Assembly (NCBI GenBank): GCA_041651055.1
Contig: JBAZJW010000001.1
Coordinates: 242,661 to 306,660 of the forward strand
Reading direction: 5' to 3'
Source of the DNA: Minisyncoccota bacterium
GTDB taxonomy: Bacteria > Patescibacteriota > Minisyncoccia > Phycocordibacterales > UBA5272
Length of the DNA stretch: 64,000 nucleotides
The notes beneath the pieces were generated by a model. The model had not been told where the DNA came from. It ran no database searches and saw nothing but the letters and a program-made list of their open reading frames with translations. Position numbers and translations under genes: made by a program. Positions 18,729-27,896 of the stretch are shown piece after piece. The stretch's first letter is position 1. Each line of letters begins with the position of its first letter.

Positions 18729-19868
18729 CTAAACTATCTTTTTCCCTTCTATACACATAAACAATGGGATTTCCTTTCGAGCTTTGTCCTCTGCTTGCTT
18801 CTTCGGACCACGTTCACTTTCGCGATGACTTACCCATTCTTCGAGATGCGTGATAGCGAAGCCTTGTTTTGCTATTGCTTTCACATACACCTGTAGTGGG
18901 CGATGGAATGATACGGTGAACTTTTTATCTTTTACACTTCCAGGTGTCATATCGATACGCACGTGCGACTCTGACATGTATTCGTCAACTCTGCGATACT
19001 GCACACCGGACTCTTCGTTGTACCCCCAGTAAGTTTGCTTTGGGTTTCGGTATGATGGATGGTTAAGTACAAAAATAAAGGAACCAGAAGAAGTAAGTAC
19101 ACGGGACACTTCTGCAATTGTTTTTTGAAGATTTTCAATATTCTGAAGTGCAAGCACACAGACAACAATATCAAACGTGACGTCTTTCAACATATACAAA
19201 TCATCAGCCGATGTGACCAAAAAGGCAACTTTATGTGTTCCTTTTTCTTTAATGGTTTCATTCTTTTCTTCGGCGAACTTAATGAGCTCTTTGCTTACAT
19301 CAACACCAGTTACATGTGCACCTTTATCACGAAGCTGTTGTGAGAAAATCCCCTGACCACACGCAAGATCAAGAACTTTTTTGCCTTCAATATCTCCAAG
19401 AAGACGGAGAAGATTCGGGAAAATAACTTGTGAGTGATACGTATCATCACCTTTTTCAAGATGCTTGTTATACCAATCGGCAACGCCACCCCAGGAAGTG
19501 TCGGGAACAGCCGGAAGCTTGGAGCTTCCAGCTGGAAGCTTTGATTCAAAGGTAGATGCTTTGTGTGCACGAGGAAGAGGTGCAGACTGTGGTTTGGAAT
19601 ATGAACGTGGTGCGCGAGCGGAGTATCCAGAATACACACGTGTTTCATTTCGTGTTGCGCCGGCTAGGCGTGATTCCTTTCCTTTGTATACGGGCTTTTC
19701 AGTACGAGCCGCGTATGGTGCTTTCTCAACGTAGAGAGCGGGAGTATTTTTATTTTTGTATGGATGACGAAGTGTCGCCTTTTCAGAACGTGGAGCGCGT
19801 TCGAAGTTGTTACGCTTGCCGCCTGATTTGGAATTAGAATACGATTTTTTTGAATCTGGTTTTTTCAT
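18729..19868 (-). CDS. class I SAM-dependent methyltransferase with a ~120-aa basic K/R-rich N-terminal tail
   Basis: Motif I VLDLACGQGIFS, motif II-like DIVVCVLAL; the basic tail suggests nucleic-acid binding. Confidence 0.75.
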   Translation of the reverse strand: MKKPDSKKSYSNSKSGGKRNNFERAPRSEKATLRHPYKNKNTPALYVEKAPYAARTEKPVYKGKESRLAGATRNETRVYSGYSARAPRSYSKPQSAPLPRAHKASTFESKLPAGSSKLPAVPDTSWGGVADWYNKHLEKGDDTYHSQVIFPNLLRLLGDIEGKKVLDLACGQGIFSQQLRDKGAHVTGVDVSKELIKFAEEKNETIKEKGTHKVAFLVTSADDLYMLKDVTFDIVVCVLALQNIENLQKTIAEVSRVLTSSGSFIFVLNHPSYRNPKQTYWGYNEESGVQYRRVDEYMSESHVRIDMTPGSVKDKKFTVSFHRPLQVYVKAIAKQGFAITHLEEWVSHRESERGPKKQAEDKARKEIPLFMCIEGKKIV

Positions 19869-20015
19869 AGATGGAGTATTTACGTTGTTGAAAATAATTA
19901 TACCATATTTTACAAAAAAGTACAGTTTCCCACGACTGAATTCATCTATCTTTACTTTTCATACTGTGGTGGTAGTATTCATGCATATCGTTTTTTCAAC
20001 CAAGGAGAATGAATC

Positions 20016-20309
20016 ATGAAGCTTCAATTTGTGGCCGGTTTGCGTGGAGTCTTTGGGACTCCAACGAAACACAACACTCTTGAGATCTTGCAGGATCAAG
20101 ATGGAAACTACCTTCTGGTCATCCAAGAATCCTGCGGTGATATGGGGGACATGCGCTCAGGAAGCATCAGAATCGAGTCGCCGAGTGGTGATATCTTGCA
20201 GCGCGAAACCTACAAATACATCGCCGGTCTTGCGGCACACATCCACGAGATGCATACAAAGCATCCTGACCATCCGGCATACCGGGTTACCGAAGACCCT
20301 TCAGCATGA
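20016..20309 (+). CDS. hypothetical protein (ORFan P2)
   Basis: 97 aa; canonical AAGGAG SD 8 nt upstream; appears more GC-rich than neighbours by eye; own GC-rich terminator. Confidence 0.6.
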   Translation: MKLQFVAGLRGVFGTPTKHNTLEILQDQDGNYLLVIQESCGDMGDMRSGSIRIESPSGDILQRETYKYIAGLAAHIHEMHTKHPDHPAYRVTEDPSA

Positions 20310-20315
20310 GCCCCC

Positions 20316-20352
20316 GCCGCGGCAGTCGTTTACGACTGCCGCACTTTTTTTA
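20316..20352 (+). terminator. intrinsic terminator GCGGCAGTCG-TTTA-CGACTGCCGC + T8
   Basis: 10-bp GC stem and a T8 run directly after the P2 stop. Confidence 0.8.
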
Positions 20353-20506
20353 TTGTGTACACAAAGAAGCGAAGTGTTTTACCTCAAGATTGATACGAGG
20401 TCAGCATTAGAGACACTGGATCCTCGATAGTCCCTTCAACTTCGTTCAGGATAAATAGTCGAGAATAACACAGGATTCCTAAAAACTATAAACCAGTGAC
20501 TAATAA

Positions 20507-22258
20507 CTATCTATCGGGAGGGACTTCGTAATAGGAAATCAGAAACTTAACCAACTTAAAAAACGGATCCGTAAGTGTCGCTGACGCATACTCTGCCCCT
20601 TTCGGATACGTGTGGAATAAGAAAATAATATACTTTGGTTCATACGCTGGGAAATAACCGAAGAACGAATGCAGATACCGATCATCGTAATATCCTCCTC
20701 CCGGCTTTACCATCTGCGCAGTACCAGTCTTCGCAGCAATCGTATAGTGATCCATTTTACGCGCACCTTTGGCGAGAGCTGTATCAACCACATGCACAAG
20801 CATACGAGAAATACGCTCACTCGCATCTGCGCTTATGACTTGCTCTGGCGCATCTGCTACTATTTTCTTGGTATCACCATTTTGATAAATGATACTGTCC
20901 ACCACATGAGGTGTCACAAGCTTGCCACCATTACCAAGTGCTGCGAGTGCGCGAATCGTTTGAATAGGCGTAATGGCGATACCTTGCCCGAATCCAGCAG
21001 TTGCACTATCAACAAATACTTTACTGTCCAAGTTCTTGGTGAGACCGCTTGCCTCACTCGGTAAGTCGATACCTGTCTCACTGCCGATGCCGAACTTTTT
21101 GAAATACTCCTGAAAATGCTTTGCTCCGAGCTGTTCAACAAGGAATACAATACCAACGTTCAGAGACTGGTCGAGAATCGCCTGCATCGAAGTATTCGGT
21201 CCACGCGCTCTACTATCAAAGTTTTTCACTTTGTAACCATTTAGATCACGGAATCCCGTGTCCGTGTAGACTGTGCTTGTTTCGTTTACTGCATTAGAAT
21301 CTATCGCAGAGGCCATAGTGATAGGTTTAATAATACTTCCCATTTCGTATACACCGGAAATATTTTGATTACTAAAAGCACTCGCATCCTTCACGTCAGC
21401 AAATTGATTCGGATCAAAAGAAGGAAGACCGTCCATCGCAATAATGGCACCAGTCTGTGGATCCATGATAATGCCACCAATGGTTTCTGATTGCCACTGG
21501 GATTTCGTTTCAACGAGAATATTGTGAAGGACGCGCTCTGCCTCACTATCTATCGTGAGCACGATATCCCCTTCTTCTTTATCTTTATTTGAAACAACAG
21601 TCTTCTCGATGTTAGCAAAAAGCTCTGCAAAGAAATTCACTGTCTGATCGCTACTATTTCGTGCGAGCACATCATCGTAGTATCGTTCAAGCCCATATTG
21701 CCCCTTCACTCGCGTACCATCATTTCCTACAAAGCCGAGAACCTTCGAGCCAACAGTCTCTTGCGGATATGCGCGTTTATTATCTTTGACAAACGATACC
21801 CCTGGGTACTTCATGGCTTTTATTTGTGCAACAATGTCACCATTCACATCTTTGGCTATTTCTTCATAGGGATCATTTTTCTTCGTAGCCTTTGCCATGA
21901 AGACATCTTTATCAAGAGGAATATAGGCATTTAATTTTGTATATAAAATCTCAGCGTTCGTAATAGCGCTCGGATCAAGCGCGATGCGATACGTGGTGCG
22001 GAGTTCAGCGGCCAAAATAGGTTCACCGTGAAAATGAGAAAAGAAAATAGTCCCTCTATCAAAATTGATTGGGGTAGTCGATATGTATTGTTTGTCTGCA
22101 AGTGCTGTGTAGGCATCATGCTTCACTACTTGTATATAAAATGCCTTACCCACGATCACAGAAGCAAGTACGAACCACACAAAGATAACAAGATGCGCCC
22201 GATATTCTGAGCGCAGCTTCTGGTCTTCGGTTATGGTTGTATCACTACTAGTGCGCAT
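20507..22258 (-). CDS. ftsI: peptidoglycan D,D-transpeptidase FtsI / PBP3-like
   Basis: N-terminal TM, SxxK (GSIIKP), SxN-like and KTGT motifs; dcw cluster position after ftsL. Confidence 0.85.
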   Translation of the reverse strand: MRTSSDTTITEDQKLRSEYRAHLVIFVWFVLASVIVGKAFYIQVVKHDAYTALADKQYISTTPINFDRGTIFFSHFHGEPILAAELRTTYRIALDPSAITNAEILYTKLNAYIPLDKDVFMAKATKKNDPYEEIAKDVNGDIVAQIKAMKYPGVSFVKDNKRAYPQETVGSKVLGFVGNDGTRVKGQYGLERYYDDVLARNSSDQTVNFFAELFANIEKTVVSNKDKEEGDIVLTIDSEAERVLHNILVETKSQWQSETIGGIIMDPQTGAIIAMDGLPSFDPNQFADVKDASAFSNQNISGVYEMGSIIKPITMASAIDSNAVNETSTVYTDTGFRDLNGYKVKNFDSRARGPNTSMQAILDQSLNVGIVFLVEQLGAKHFQEYFKKFGIGSETGIDLPSEASGLTKNLDSKVFVDSATAGFGQGIAITPIQTIRALAALGNGGKLVTPHVVDSIIYQNGDTKKIVADAPEQVISADASERISRMLVHVVDTALAKGARKMDHYTIAAKTGTAQMVKPGGGYYDDRYLHSFFGYFPAYEPKYIIFLFHTYPKGAEYASATLTDPFFKLVKFLISYYEVPPDR

Positions 22259-22565
22259 AGAGCACAGTATAACTTGCTATCGCATCTTTTCGCACGGCAA
22301 ATGTCGTACTATCAATACGCGTGTAATTATTTGAAGCCAGTGTTGATTCATTGATTGATGCAACACGGTTCGCGTAGGTTGTTTCAAGTGCACTCATCTC
22401 AGATGTAAGGTCGCGACTAGCAATCGTATTTTGCTTTCGTTCAATGACAGAAAAAACGAGGGAAAGCAAAATAACACAGTACGCGAGAGCGAGTACCAAG
22501 AGTGTACCGAACATCGTGTGTACTGTTCGCTGATAGAGTGTGAGTGATTGATAGTTTGGTGACAT
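22248..22565 (-). CDS. ftsL: cell division protein FtsL-like (single TM plus coiled coil)
   Basis: 105-aa bitopic protein between rsmH and ftsI. Confidence 0.6.
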   Translation of the reverse strand: MSPNYQSLTLYQRTVHTMFGTLLVLALAYCVILLSLVFSVIERKQNTIASRDLTSEMSALETTYANRVASINESTLASNNYTRIDSTTFAVRKDAIASYTVLYAH

Positions 22566-22570
22566 AATGG

Positions 22571-23464
22571 TTATATTTTTTCTACGATTCGTAACTGGGC
22601 ACTGCGAGCACGTGGGTTGTTGTGTAATTCTTCTGACTGAGGCACGATAGCTTTTTTGTTAATCATTTTCAAACTGTCCCCTTGTGCACGTAATCCTTGT
22701 TTTACAATTCTGTCTTCCGTGCTATGAAAAGTAATGAATGATGCACGGCCGTGTGTGTGTAAAATAATTGGAAGTGATTCGATGAGGTCGTTGATACTTC
22801 CCAACTCATCGTTCACCGCCATTCGAAGTGCTTGAAATGTTTTGGTAGCAAAGTGCGTCTTCTTGTGACGATACATGGTAGGCACTGCGCCGGCAATGAT
22901 ATCCACAAGTGCAAGCGTGGTCGTAATAGGCTTTGACTTGCGGGCTTCTACAATGGCACGAGCGATACGGCCTCGATATGTCTCATCTGCAAACGCAAAG
23001 AGAATATCAGCGATGGTCGACTCACTCCACGAATTTACAATCTCGTATGCGGTCGTCATGTCATCTGAAGGATTGGCATCAAAAGTCATCGTAAGTGGCT
23101 CATCAAAGCGAAATGAAAATCCTCTCCCTGACTCATCGAGCTCCTGTGAAGAAAGACCGAGGTCAGCGAGCACTCCATCTACCTGCGTAATCTTCAGGTT
23201 ATGAAGTACTGCTTTGATATATCTAAAATTTGAATGAACGAAATGAATTGTTGGTGCCGGCTTCACAGTCTTCAATAAGACTTCTGCTTCAGCGAGTGCT
23301 TCTTGGTCAAGATCGATACAAATAAGTGTGCCGTCTTTTCCAAGTAACTTCGCTATCTCGAATGAATGCCCGCCTCGATTGGTTGTACAGTCGACGTAGA
23401 CGCCGCCCTTCTTGATTGCGAGGCCTTCGAGCGATTCATGTAAAAGTACGGGAATGTGGGACAT
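22571..23464 (-). CDS. rsmH: 16S rRNA (cytosine1402-N4)-methyltransferase RsmH (MraW)
   Basis: HIPVLL, VDCTTNRGGHS, DLGLSS motifs. Confidence 0.92.
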   Translation of the reverse strand: MSHIPVLLHESLEGLAIKKGGVYVDCTTNRGGHSFEIAKLLGKDGTLICIDLDQEALAEAEVLLKTVKPAPTIHFVHSNFRYIKAVLHNLKITQVDGVLADLGLSSQELDESGRGFSFRFDEPLTMTFDANPSDDMTTAYEIVNSWSESTIADILFAFADETYRGRIARAIVEARKSKPITTTLALVDIIAGAVPTMYRHKKTHFATKTFQALRMAVNDELGSINDLIESLPIILHTHGRASFITFHSTEDRIVKQGLRAQGDSLKMINKKAIVPQSEELHNNPRARSAQLRIVEKI

Positions 23465-23520
23465 ACCTAGTTGAAAGTCTTAAAGTCCATAAAGTCAAAA
23501 GGAGATACCATACAGAGAGA

Positions 23521-23955
23521 CTATAAGATGCCGAGGTCGCTTAACTTTCCAGCGAGAACATCGGCCTCACCACTTACCTTAGTCGTGAAAGACTTCCATG
23601 CCTCTTCATCCCAGATTTCTACTCGTGAATGCATTCCCGCAATAACAACTTTGTTTGAAAGCTTGGCAAATTCTTTTAACGTGTCAGGGATAACGATACG
23701 ACCCGCAGCATCAACGTCAGTTTCAAATGCATTTCCTAAAATGAAGCGATTGAAGTCACGGGTGTCTTTGTTACCAAAACCTGATTGCGATAATTTTTCT
23801 GCCACCTTCTCCCATTCTTTGATAGGAAAAACAAACAACGAGCTATCGAGACCATTGGTTACCACAACTTTCTTTCCCAAATCCGCGCGCCACTTTGATG
23901 GTAGCGTGAGTCGTTTTTTTGGATCGAGATCGTGTTTGTATTGGCCAATTAACAT
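23521..23955 (-). CDS. mraZ: transcriptional regulator MraZ
   Basis: Two tandem MraZ repeats with DxxxR; first gene of the dcw cluster. Confidence 0.9.
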   Translation of the reverse strand: MLIGQYKHDLDPKKRLTLPSKWRADLGKKVVVTNGLDSSLFVFPIKEWEKVAEKLSQSGFGNKDTRDFNRFILGNAFETDVDAAGRIVIPDTLKEFAKLSNKVVIAGMHSRVEIWDEEAWKSFTTKVSGEADVLAGKLSDLGIL

Positions 23956-24056
23956 AGTTGATAGTTATTCGTTGGTCGTTGGTCGTTATTCGTTAAACAC
24001 GAATATAAATCAACTAAAAGCAGAGAAAGTGACTCCCACCACTTTGCCCCACTAGC
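23956..24056 (-). promoter_or_regulatory. mraZ upstream region with five tandem heptads (AACGAAT AACGACC AACGACC AACGAAT AACTATC on the mraZ strand) and GTGGG-N5-GTGGT-GGG direct repeats 70-95 nt upstream
   Basis: Seen directly; GTGGG/GTGGT repeats at ~10-bp period resemble known MraZ operator architecture. Confidence 0.45.
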
Positions 24057-24159
24057 AACCATTATACTCCACTTTTGTTCTACAGCACTAGGAAATGAAG
24101 TGGATAAGTCGAGAAACAGTTTATAGTTACTAGTTTTTAGTTTCTAGTAAATACCTCAA

Positions 24160-24199
24160 TACATAAAAAGCGCGTCCTTCGGACGCGCTTTTTATGTAT
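24160..24199. terminator. perfect palindromic bidirectional terminator ATACATAAAAAGCGCGTCC-TTC-GGACGCGCTTTTTATGTAT
   Basis: 18-bp arms with A/T runs on both sides. Confidence 0.8.
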
Positions 24200-24209
24200 A
24201 CTTAATATA

Positions 24210-24722
24210 TTACAAAAACTTATTATATAAATCAAAAACTTCTTCTGAATACGCAATAAAATGAACCTCTTCAAAAGAGTAATCTTTTTCCAGATAATTT
24301 TTTATTGTTTTAACGGCTATTTGTGTTGCCTCTTCTTTTGGATACCCAAATATACCAATTGAAAGTGCTGGGAATGCAATTCTTTTTATTCCATGTTCTT
24401 TTGCCTTATCTAAAACATTTTTATATGTTAATTTCAGAAGTTCTTTTTCCTTCCCATCTTCTTGGCCATATCGTGGAGCAACTGTATGTAAAATATATTT
24501 TGCTGGAAGTTTATATCCTCTAGTTACTTTAACCTCAGCTTTTTTGCAACCACCGAGTCTTGCACACTCTGAAGATAACTCTTGCCCTGCGGCATAATGA
24601 ATAGCCCCATTTACACCACTACCACCACATAAATACTCATTTGAAGAGTTAACAATTGCTTCTACATTAAATTTAGTTATGTCTCCCAAATAAACTTTTA
24701 TTCTCTTCATTTTAATAATCAA
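24210..24722 (-). CDS. macro-domain protein (ADP-ribose-binding / O-acetyl-ADP-ribose deacetylase, YmdB-like)
   Basis: GDITK...EAIVNSSNEYLCGGSGVNGAIHYAAG macro signature; very AT-rich gene. Confidence 0.8.
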   Translation of the reverse strand: MIIKMKRIKVYLGDITKFNVEAIVNSSNEYLCGGSGVNGAIHYAAGQELSSECARLGGCKKAEVKVTRGYKLPAKYILHTVAPRYGQEDGKEKELLKLTYKNVLDKAKEHGIKRIAFPALSIGIFGYPKEEATQIAVKTIKNYLEKDYSFEEVHFIAYSEEVFDLYNKFL

Positions 24723-25023
24723 GACCCTTTTCTAACATACAAGCTTTATATTCTGATTCATACGACTTAAAATTGTTACTAAAATCGTAATGTTCTCTTG
24801 AAAGAAGTTTATAACAATCTTTTCTAATTTCTGATGGTCTATACTGAAACCAATAAAATAACAAAATAAACACTATAAAAATAGTAATCAATTTAATATT
24901 TTGTCTCAAAAATTTGCCTGTAATTATTTTAATTCTATGCTCTACTGGAAATAAATGCATAACATCATCCATTGTGGTCTCATGTATAGAATTCCCTTTT
25001 TCATCTGTATAAGTTCTTCCCAT
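24712..25023 (-). CDS. small single-TM membrane protein (103 aa from MGRTYTDEK)
   Basis: Start trimmed to avoid lysS overlap; TM LITIFIVFILLFYWF; very AT-rich. Confidence 0.5.
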   Translation of the reverse strand: MGRTYTDEKGNSIHETTMDDVMHLFPVEHRIKIITGKFLRQNIKLITIFIVFILLFYWFQYRPSEIRKDCYKLLSREHYDFSNNFKSYESEYKACMLEKGLDY

Positions 25024-25027
25024 AAAT

Positions 25028-26485
25028 TTAATTTGTTTTTGGTTTAACAAGAGGAAAGAGGTGTACCTCTCGTATTGGTCTATCCGAAAGAAACGCAAAG
25101 ACTCTTTCACCGAATCCGAAGCCACATGTCGGAGGCATACCATGCTCGAGCATTTCCACGAATGAATCATCAACCATCATCGCCTCTTCATCCCCTCCTG
25201 CGAGCAATTCTTGCTGCTTTGCGAATCTCGCTGCCTGATCTACAGGATCATTTAATTCACTGTATCCTTTTCCTAATTCACTACCAGCTAAAATCGGCTG
25301 AAATATCTGCGCGGTCTCACTGCCGATATTCTTCTTGGCAAGTGGCGCCACGATAAGTGGGTGATTGATGAGGAATGCAGGTCCGGCAATATTCTTACGA
25401 CAATATTTCCACAATGTATCGATGAGACGCTCACGATTCGCACCTTCATACTTTACATGCGAAGCTTCGAGTTTCTTTTTTATGTCATCATCTGTCGCCG
25501 TTGTAATATCAATACCTGTTTGACGCATAATCTCATCAACATAATCTATTTTCGTCCATTCATCGGCGAGATCGAAGGTATGTCCACGTGTGGTAAATAC
25601 CGTCGTCCCGAAAACTTCCTTAGCAATCGTACGATATAATTCCTGAACAAGTGTCATGCCGTCTTCATAATCAGCGTAGGCCATATAAAATTCACAGTTT
25701 GTAAATTCTTGAAGATGGTCCGGTGACGAGCCCTCATTTCTATATGCACGACCGATTTCGAAAGTACGAGGAAATCCAGCAGCCATGAGACGCTTCTGCC
25801 ACAACTCACCGACAGAGATACGCATGAAGACATCAAGGTCAAAATCATTGTGATGCGTTGCAAATGGTCTCGCCTCAGCTCCACCTGTTGTCACTTCAAT
25901 ACTCGGAGTCTCCACTTCCAAGAATTTCTTTTCTTTCAAAAATGCACGGACGGTGTCCCAAAACTTGGCCTTCTTCTCGAAAAGTTCGCGGAGTTCTGGG
26001 TCTGTGAGAATGTCCAAGTATCTTTCACGCATACGAAGTTCTTCATCGACAATACCGTGATACTTATCAGGAAGTGGAAGCAGTGCTTTCGAAAGCATTG
26101 CCACATTTGAAACAAGGACACTTTCTTGACCGGACTTCGTGATGAACAATGTTCCTGTCACTTCGATGAAATCTCCGGTGTCTACGTAGTTTGTAAAGAA
26201 AGAGTGAGCATCTTCCCCTGATTCTGGTAACTTAATCACCGCTTGAAGTTTCGCAGTACCATCGTAGAGATCAATAAAGATAAGTGCACCTTGTCCACGA
26301 GATACCATCACTCGACCAGCGACAATCACTTGTACTTCATCTGTCACAAGCTTGGTAAAATTACGCACCACGTCACTTAATTCATGTGTACGACGAGAAA
26401 CACTCGGGTAGCCTGATTTGCCAGTGCTTTCTAGTGCTGCTAATTTCTTGAGGCGCTCTGCGCGAAGTTCTTCGATGGAAGCCAT
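25028..26485 (-). CDS. lysS: lysyl-tRNA synthetase (class II)
   Basis: OB anticodon-binding domain plus class II motifs (FRNEG, GGxGxGIDR-like). Confidence 0.92.
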   Translation of the reverse strand: MASIEELRAERLKKLAALESTGKSGYPSVSRRTHELSDVVRNFTKLVTDEVQVIVAGRVMVSRGQGALIFIDLYDGTAKLQAVIKLPESGEDAHSFFTNYVDTGDFIEVTGTLFITKSGQESVLVSNVAMLSKALLPLPDKYHGIVDEELRMRERYLDILTDPELRELFEKKAKFWDTVRAFLKEKKFLEVETPSIEVTTGGAEARPFATHHNDFDLDVFMRISVGELWQKRLMAAGFPRTFEIGRAYRNEGSSPDHLQEFTNCEFYMAYADYEDGMTLVQELYRTIAKEVFGTTVFTTRGHTFDLADEWTKIDYVDEIMRQTGIDITTATDDDIKKKLEASHVKYEGANRERLIDTLWKYCRKNIAGPAFLINHPLIVAPLAKKNIGSETAQIFQPILAGSELGKGYSELNDPVDQAARFAKQQELLAGGDEEAMMVDDSFVEMLEHGMPPTCGFGFGERVFAFLSDRPIREVHLFPLVKPKTN

Positions 26486-26573
26486 AATGAATAGTTTTTA
26501 GTTTACAGTTCTTAGTTTACAGTATACATGCGTATATACATACAATACTAACAAATCACACACTATTCGTCGA

Positions 26574-26612
26574 TAAAAGAAAGAAGGAAACTTGATTGCT
26601 TCCTTCTTTCTA
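26574..26612 (-). terminator. greA terminator AGAAAGAAGGAA-N10-TTCCTTCTTTCT
   Basis: 12-bp perfect stem followed by TTTTAT on the minus strand. Confidence 0.7.
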
Positions 26613-26629
26613 AAAACTAAAAACTATCC

Positions 26630-27091
26630 CTATGCTGTTCCTTTGATTGTGTACGATACGTCACCTTTTGGTGTTGTAACGGTAATCGTATCCCCCTTCT
26701 TCTTGCCGAGAAGAGCAGACCCGAGAGGAGATTCGTTTGAAATCTTTCCTGAAATTGAGTCAGCTTCTTCACTCCCTACAAGCGCAAATGTCTTTTCTGC
26801 TTTATCGCCTTTCTTAAGAACCGTAACCGTTGATCCAACATGAATCACACCGACGGCTGCGGTATTTGTTTCCATAATAACCGCATTCTTAAGAATCTGT
26901 TCAACGTGATTAATACGATCTTCACAGTTTGCCTGATCTTCACGTGCCTGATGATATTCAGCATTTTCTGAAAGATCACCAAGAGACTTCGCATACTCAA
27001 GAGCATCCGCAATCTCTTTGCGACGAACCGTTTTCAATTGATTGAGCTCATTTTCGAGCTCTGTTTTCTTTTCAAGTGTTAAATATTCCAT
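26630..27091 (-). CDS. greA: transcription elongation factor GreA
   Basis: N-terminal coiled coil with D..E acidic tip (DLSENAEY), C-terminal FKBP-like domain. Confidence 0.93.
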   Translation of the reverse strand: MEYLTLEKKTELENELNQLKTVRRKEIADALEYAKSLGDLSENAEYHQAREDQANCEDRINHVEQILKNAVIMETNTAAVGVIHVGSTVTVLKKGDKAEKTFALVGSEEADSISGKISNESPLGSALLGKKKGDTITVTTPKGDVSYTIKGTA

Positions 27092-27212
27092 AGTTTTGTT
27101 GCAAAATTATACCACCAAAGGTGTCTTTTTTGTAGATTGACAAAGGTCTTTATTTGTTACATAATACGATTCTCTTTAACGGTTCTTTTTTATTTTCTGG
27201 AGGCACCCCATC

Positions 27213-27743
27213 ATGGTTCGTTTTCTCATTGCCATTCTTACAAGCCTTGTGCTTGCTCCCGCTTTCGCTGAGGAGGTCAGCATCTACCGCGTGAGAAACC
27301 TTCTCAACGGAACCGAACGATGTGAACAACATGTTCGAGACGGAATGACACGAGTCGTGAGCGAGTGCCAGACGAATCGCTGGCTGAGTACTGTCAAGGG
27401 AAGCATGGACGGTAAAACCGAAGTTGCCATGTCACCTGATGGAATCATCTCCAGCATGGGATTCTCGGTTGCTCCGAGAGACCTTCTCCCTGGCATGAAA
27501 GCCTATGGTCTTTCCGTGACCACAGTGAACGGCAAGACTGCCGAACTCGAATTTTCTTTGAGCGCAAGAAGAGAAGGACCCTACACCGTGGTCGAAATTG
27601 TTTCAGCTGGTGGAGCACTGGTCTCCGTCTGCGGTTACACCACAGACTACGACAACCCTGAATGGGTTGACTCCATCATTCAAGACGGCAGAAAAAAGCT
27701 CTCTCACGAGAGCGCTATCCGAATGCTGTTTGTACACCGGTAA
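27213..27743 (+). CDS. secreted hypothetical protein (ORFan P3) with a signal peptide
   Basis: GGAGG SD 9 nt upstream; signal peptide MVRFLIAILTSLVLAPAFA; appears more GC-rich than neighbours by eye; own terminator. Confidence 0.65.
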   Translation: MVRFLIAILTSLVLAPAFAEEVSIYRVRNLLNGTERCEQHVRDGMTRVVSECQTNRWLSTVKGSMDGKTEVAMSPDGIISSMGFSVAPRDLLPGMKAYGLSVTTVNGKTAELEFSLSARREGPYTVVEIVSAGGALVSVCGYTTDYDNPEWVDSIIQDGRKKLSHESAIRMLFVHR

Positions 27744-27769
27744 GACCTGACCAACCGGCCGACTAAACA

Positions 27770-27797
27770 AAACCACCGCAACGGTGGCTTTTTTATT
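27770..27797 (+). terminator. intrinsic terminator CCACCG-CAA-CGGTGG + T7
   Basis: Immediately after the P3 stop. Confidence 0.75.
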
Positions 27798-27896
27798 TCT
27801 CAAAACTCTCCCTTTTTGTCTAGGTCTTGCCTATACAATGTGAATCATTTTATTTTAATAGTGAAAATTGTTTCATTAAATATTTCCACCAAATGT

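Noticed and set aside
20383-20400. ATTGATACGAGG upstream of the ftsI stop resembling the R1 5' flank
   Set aside because: Only the 10-nt flank matches; no outer stem, inner hairpin or 3' flank follow, so it is at most a decayed remnant.
20029-20430. 133-aa ORF overlapping P2 in another frame
   Set aside because: P2 (20016-20309) has a canonical SD and a terminator immediately after its stop. The alternative frame runs through that terminator.
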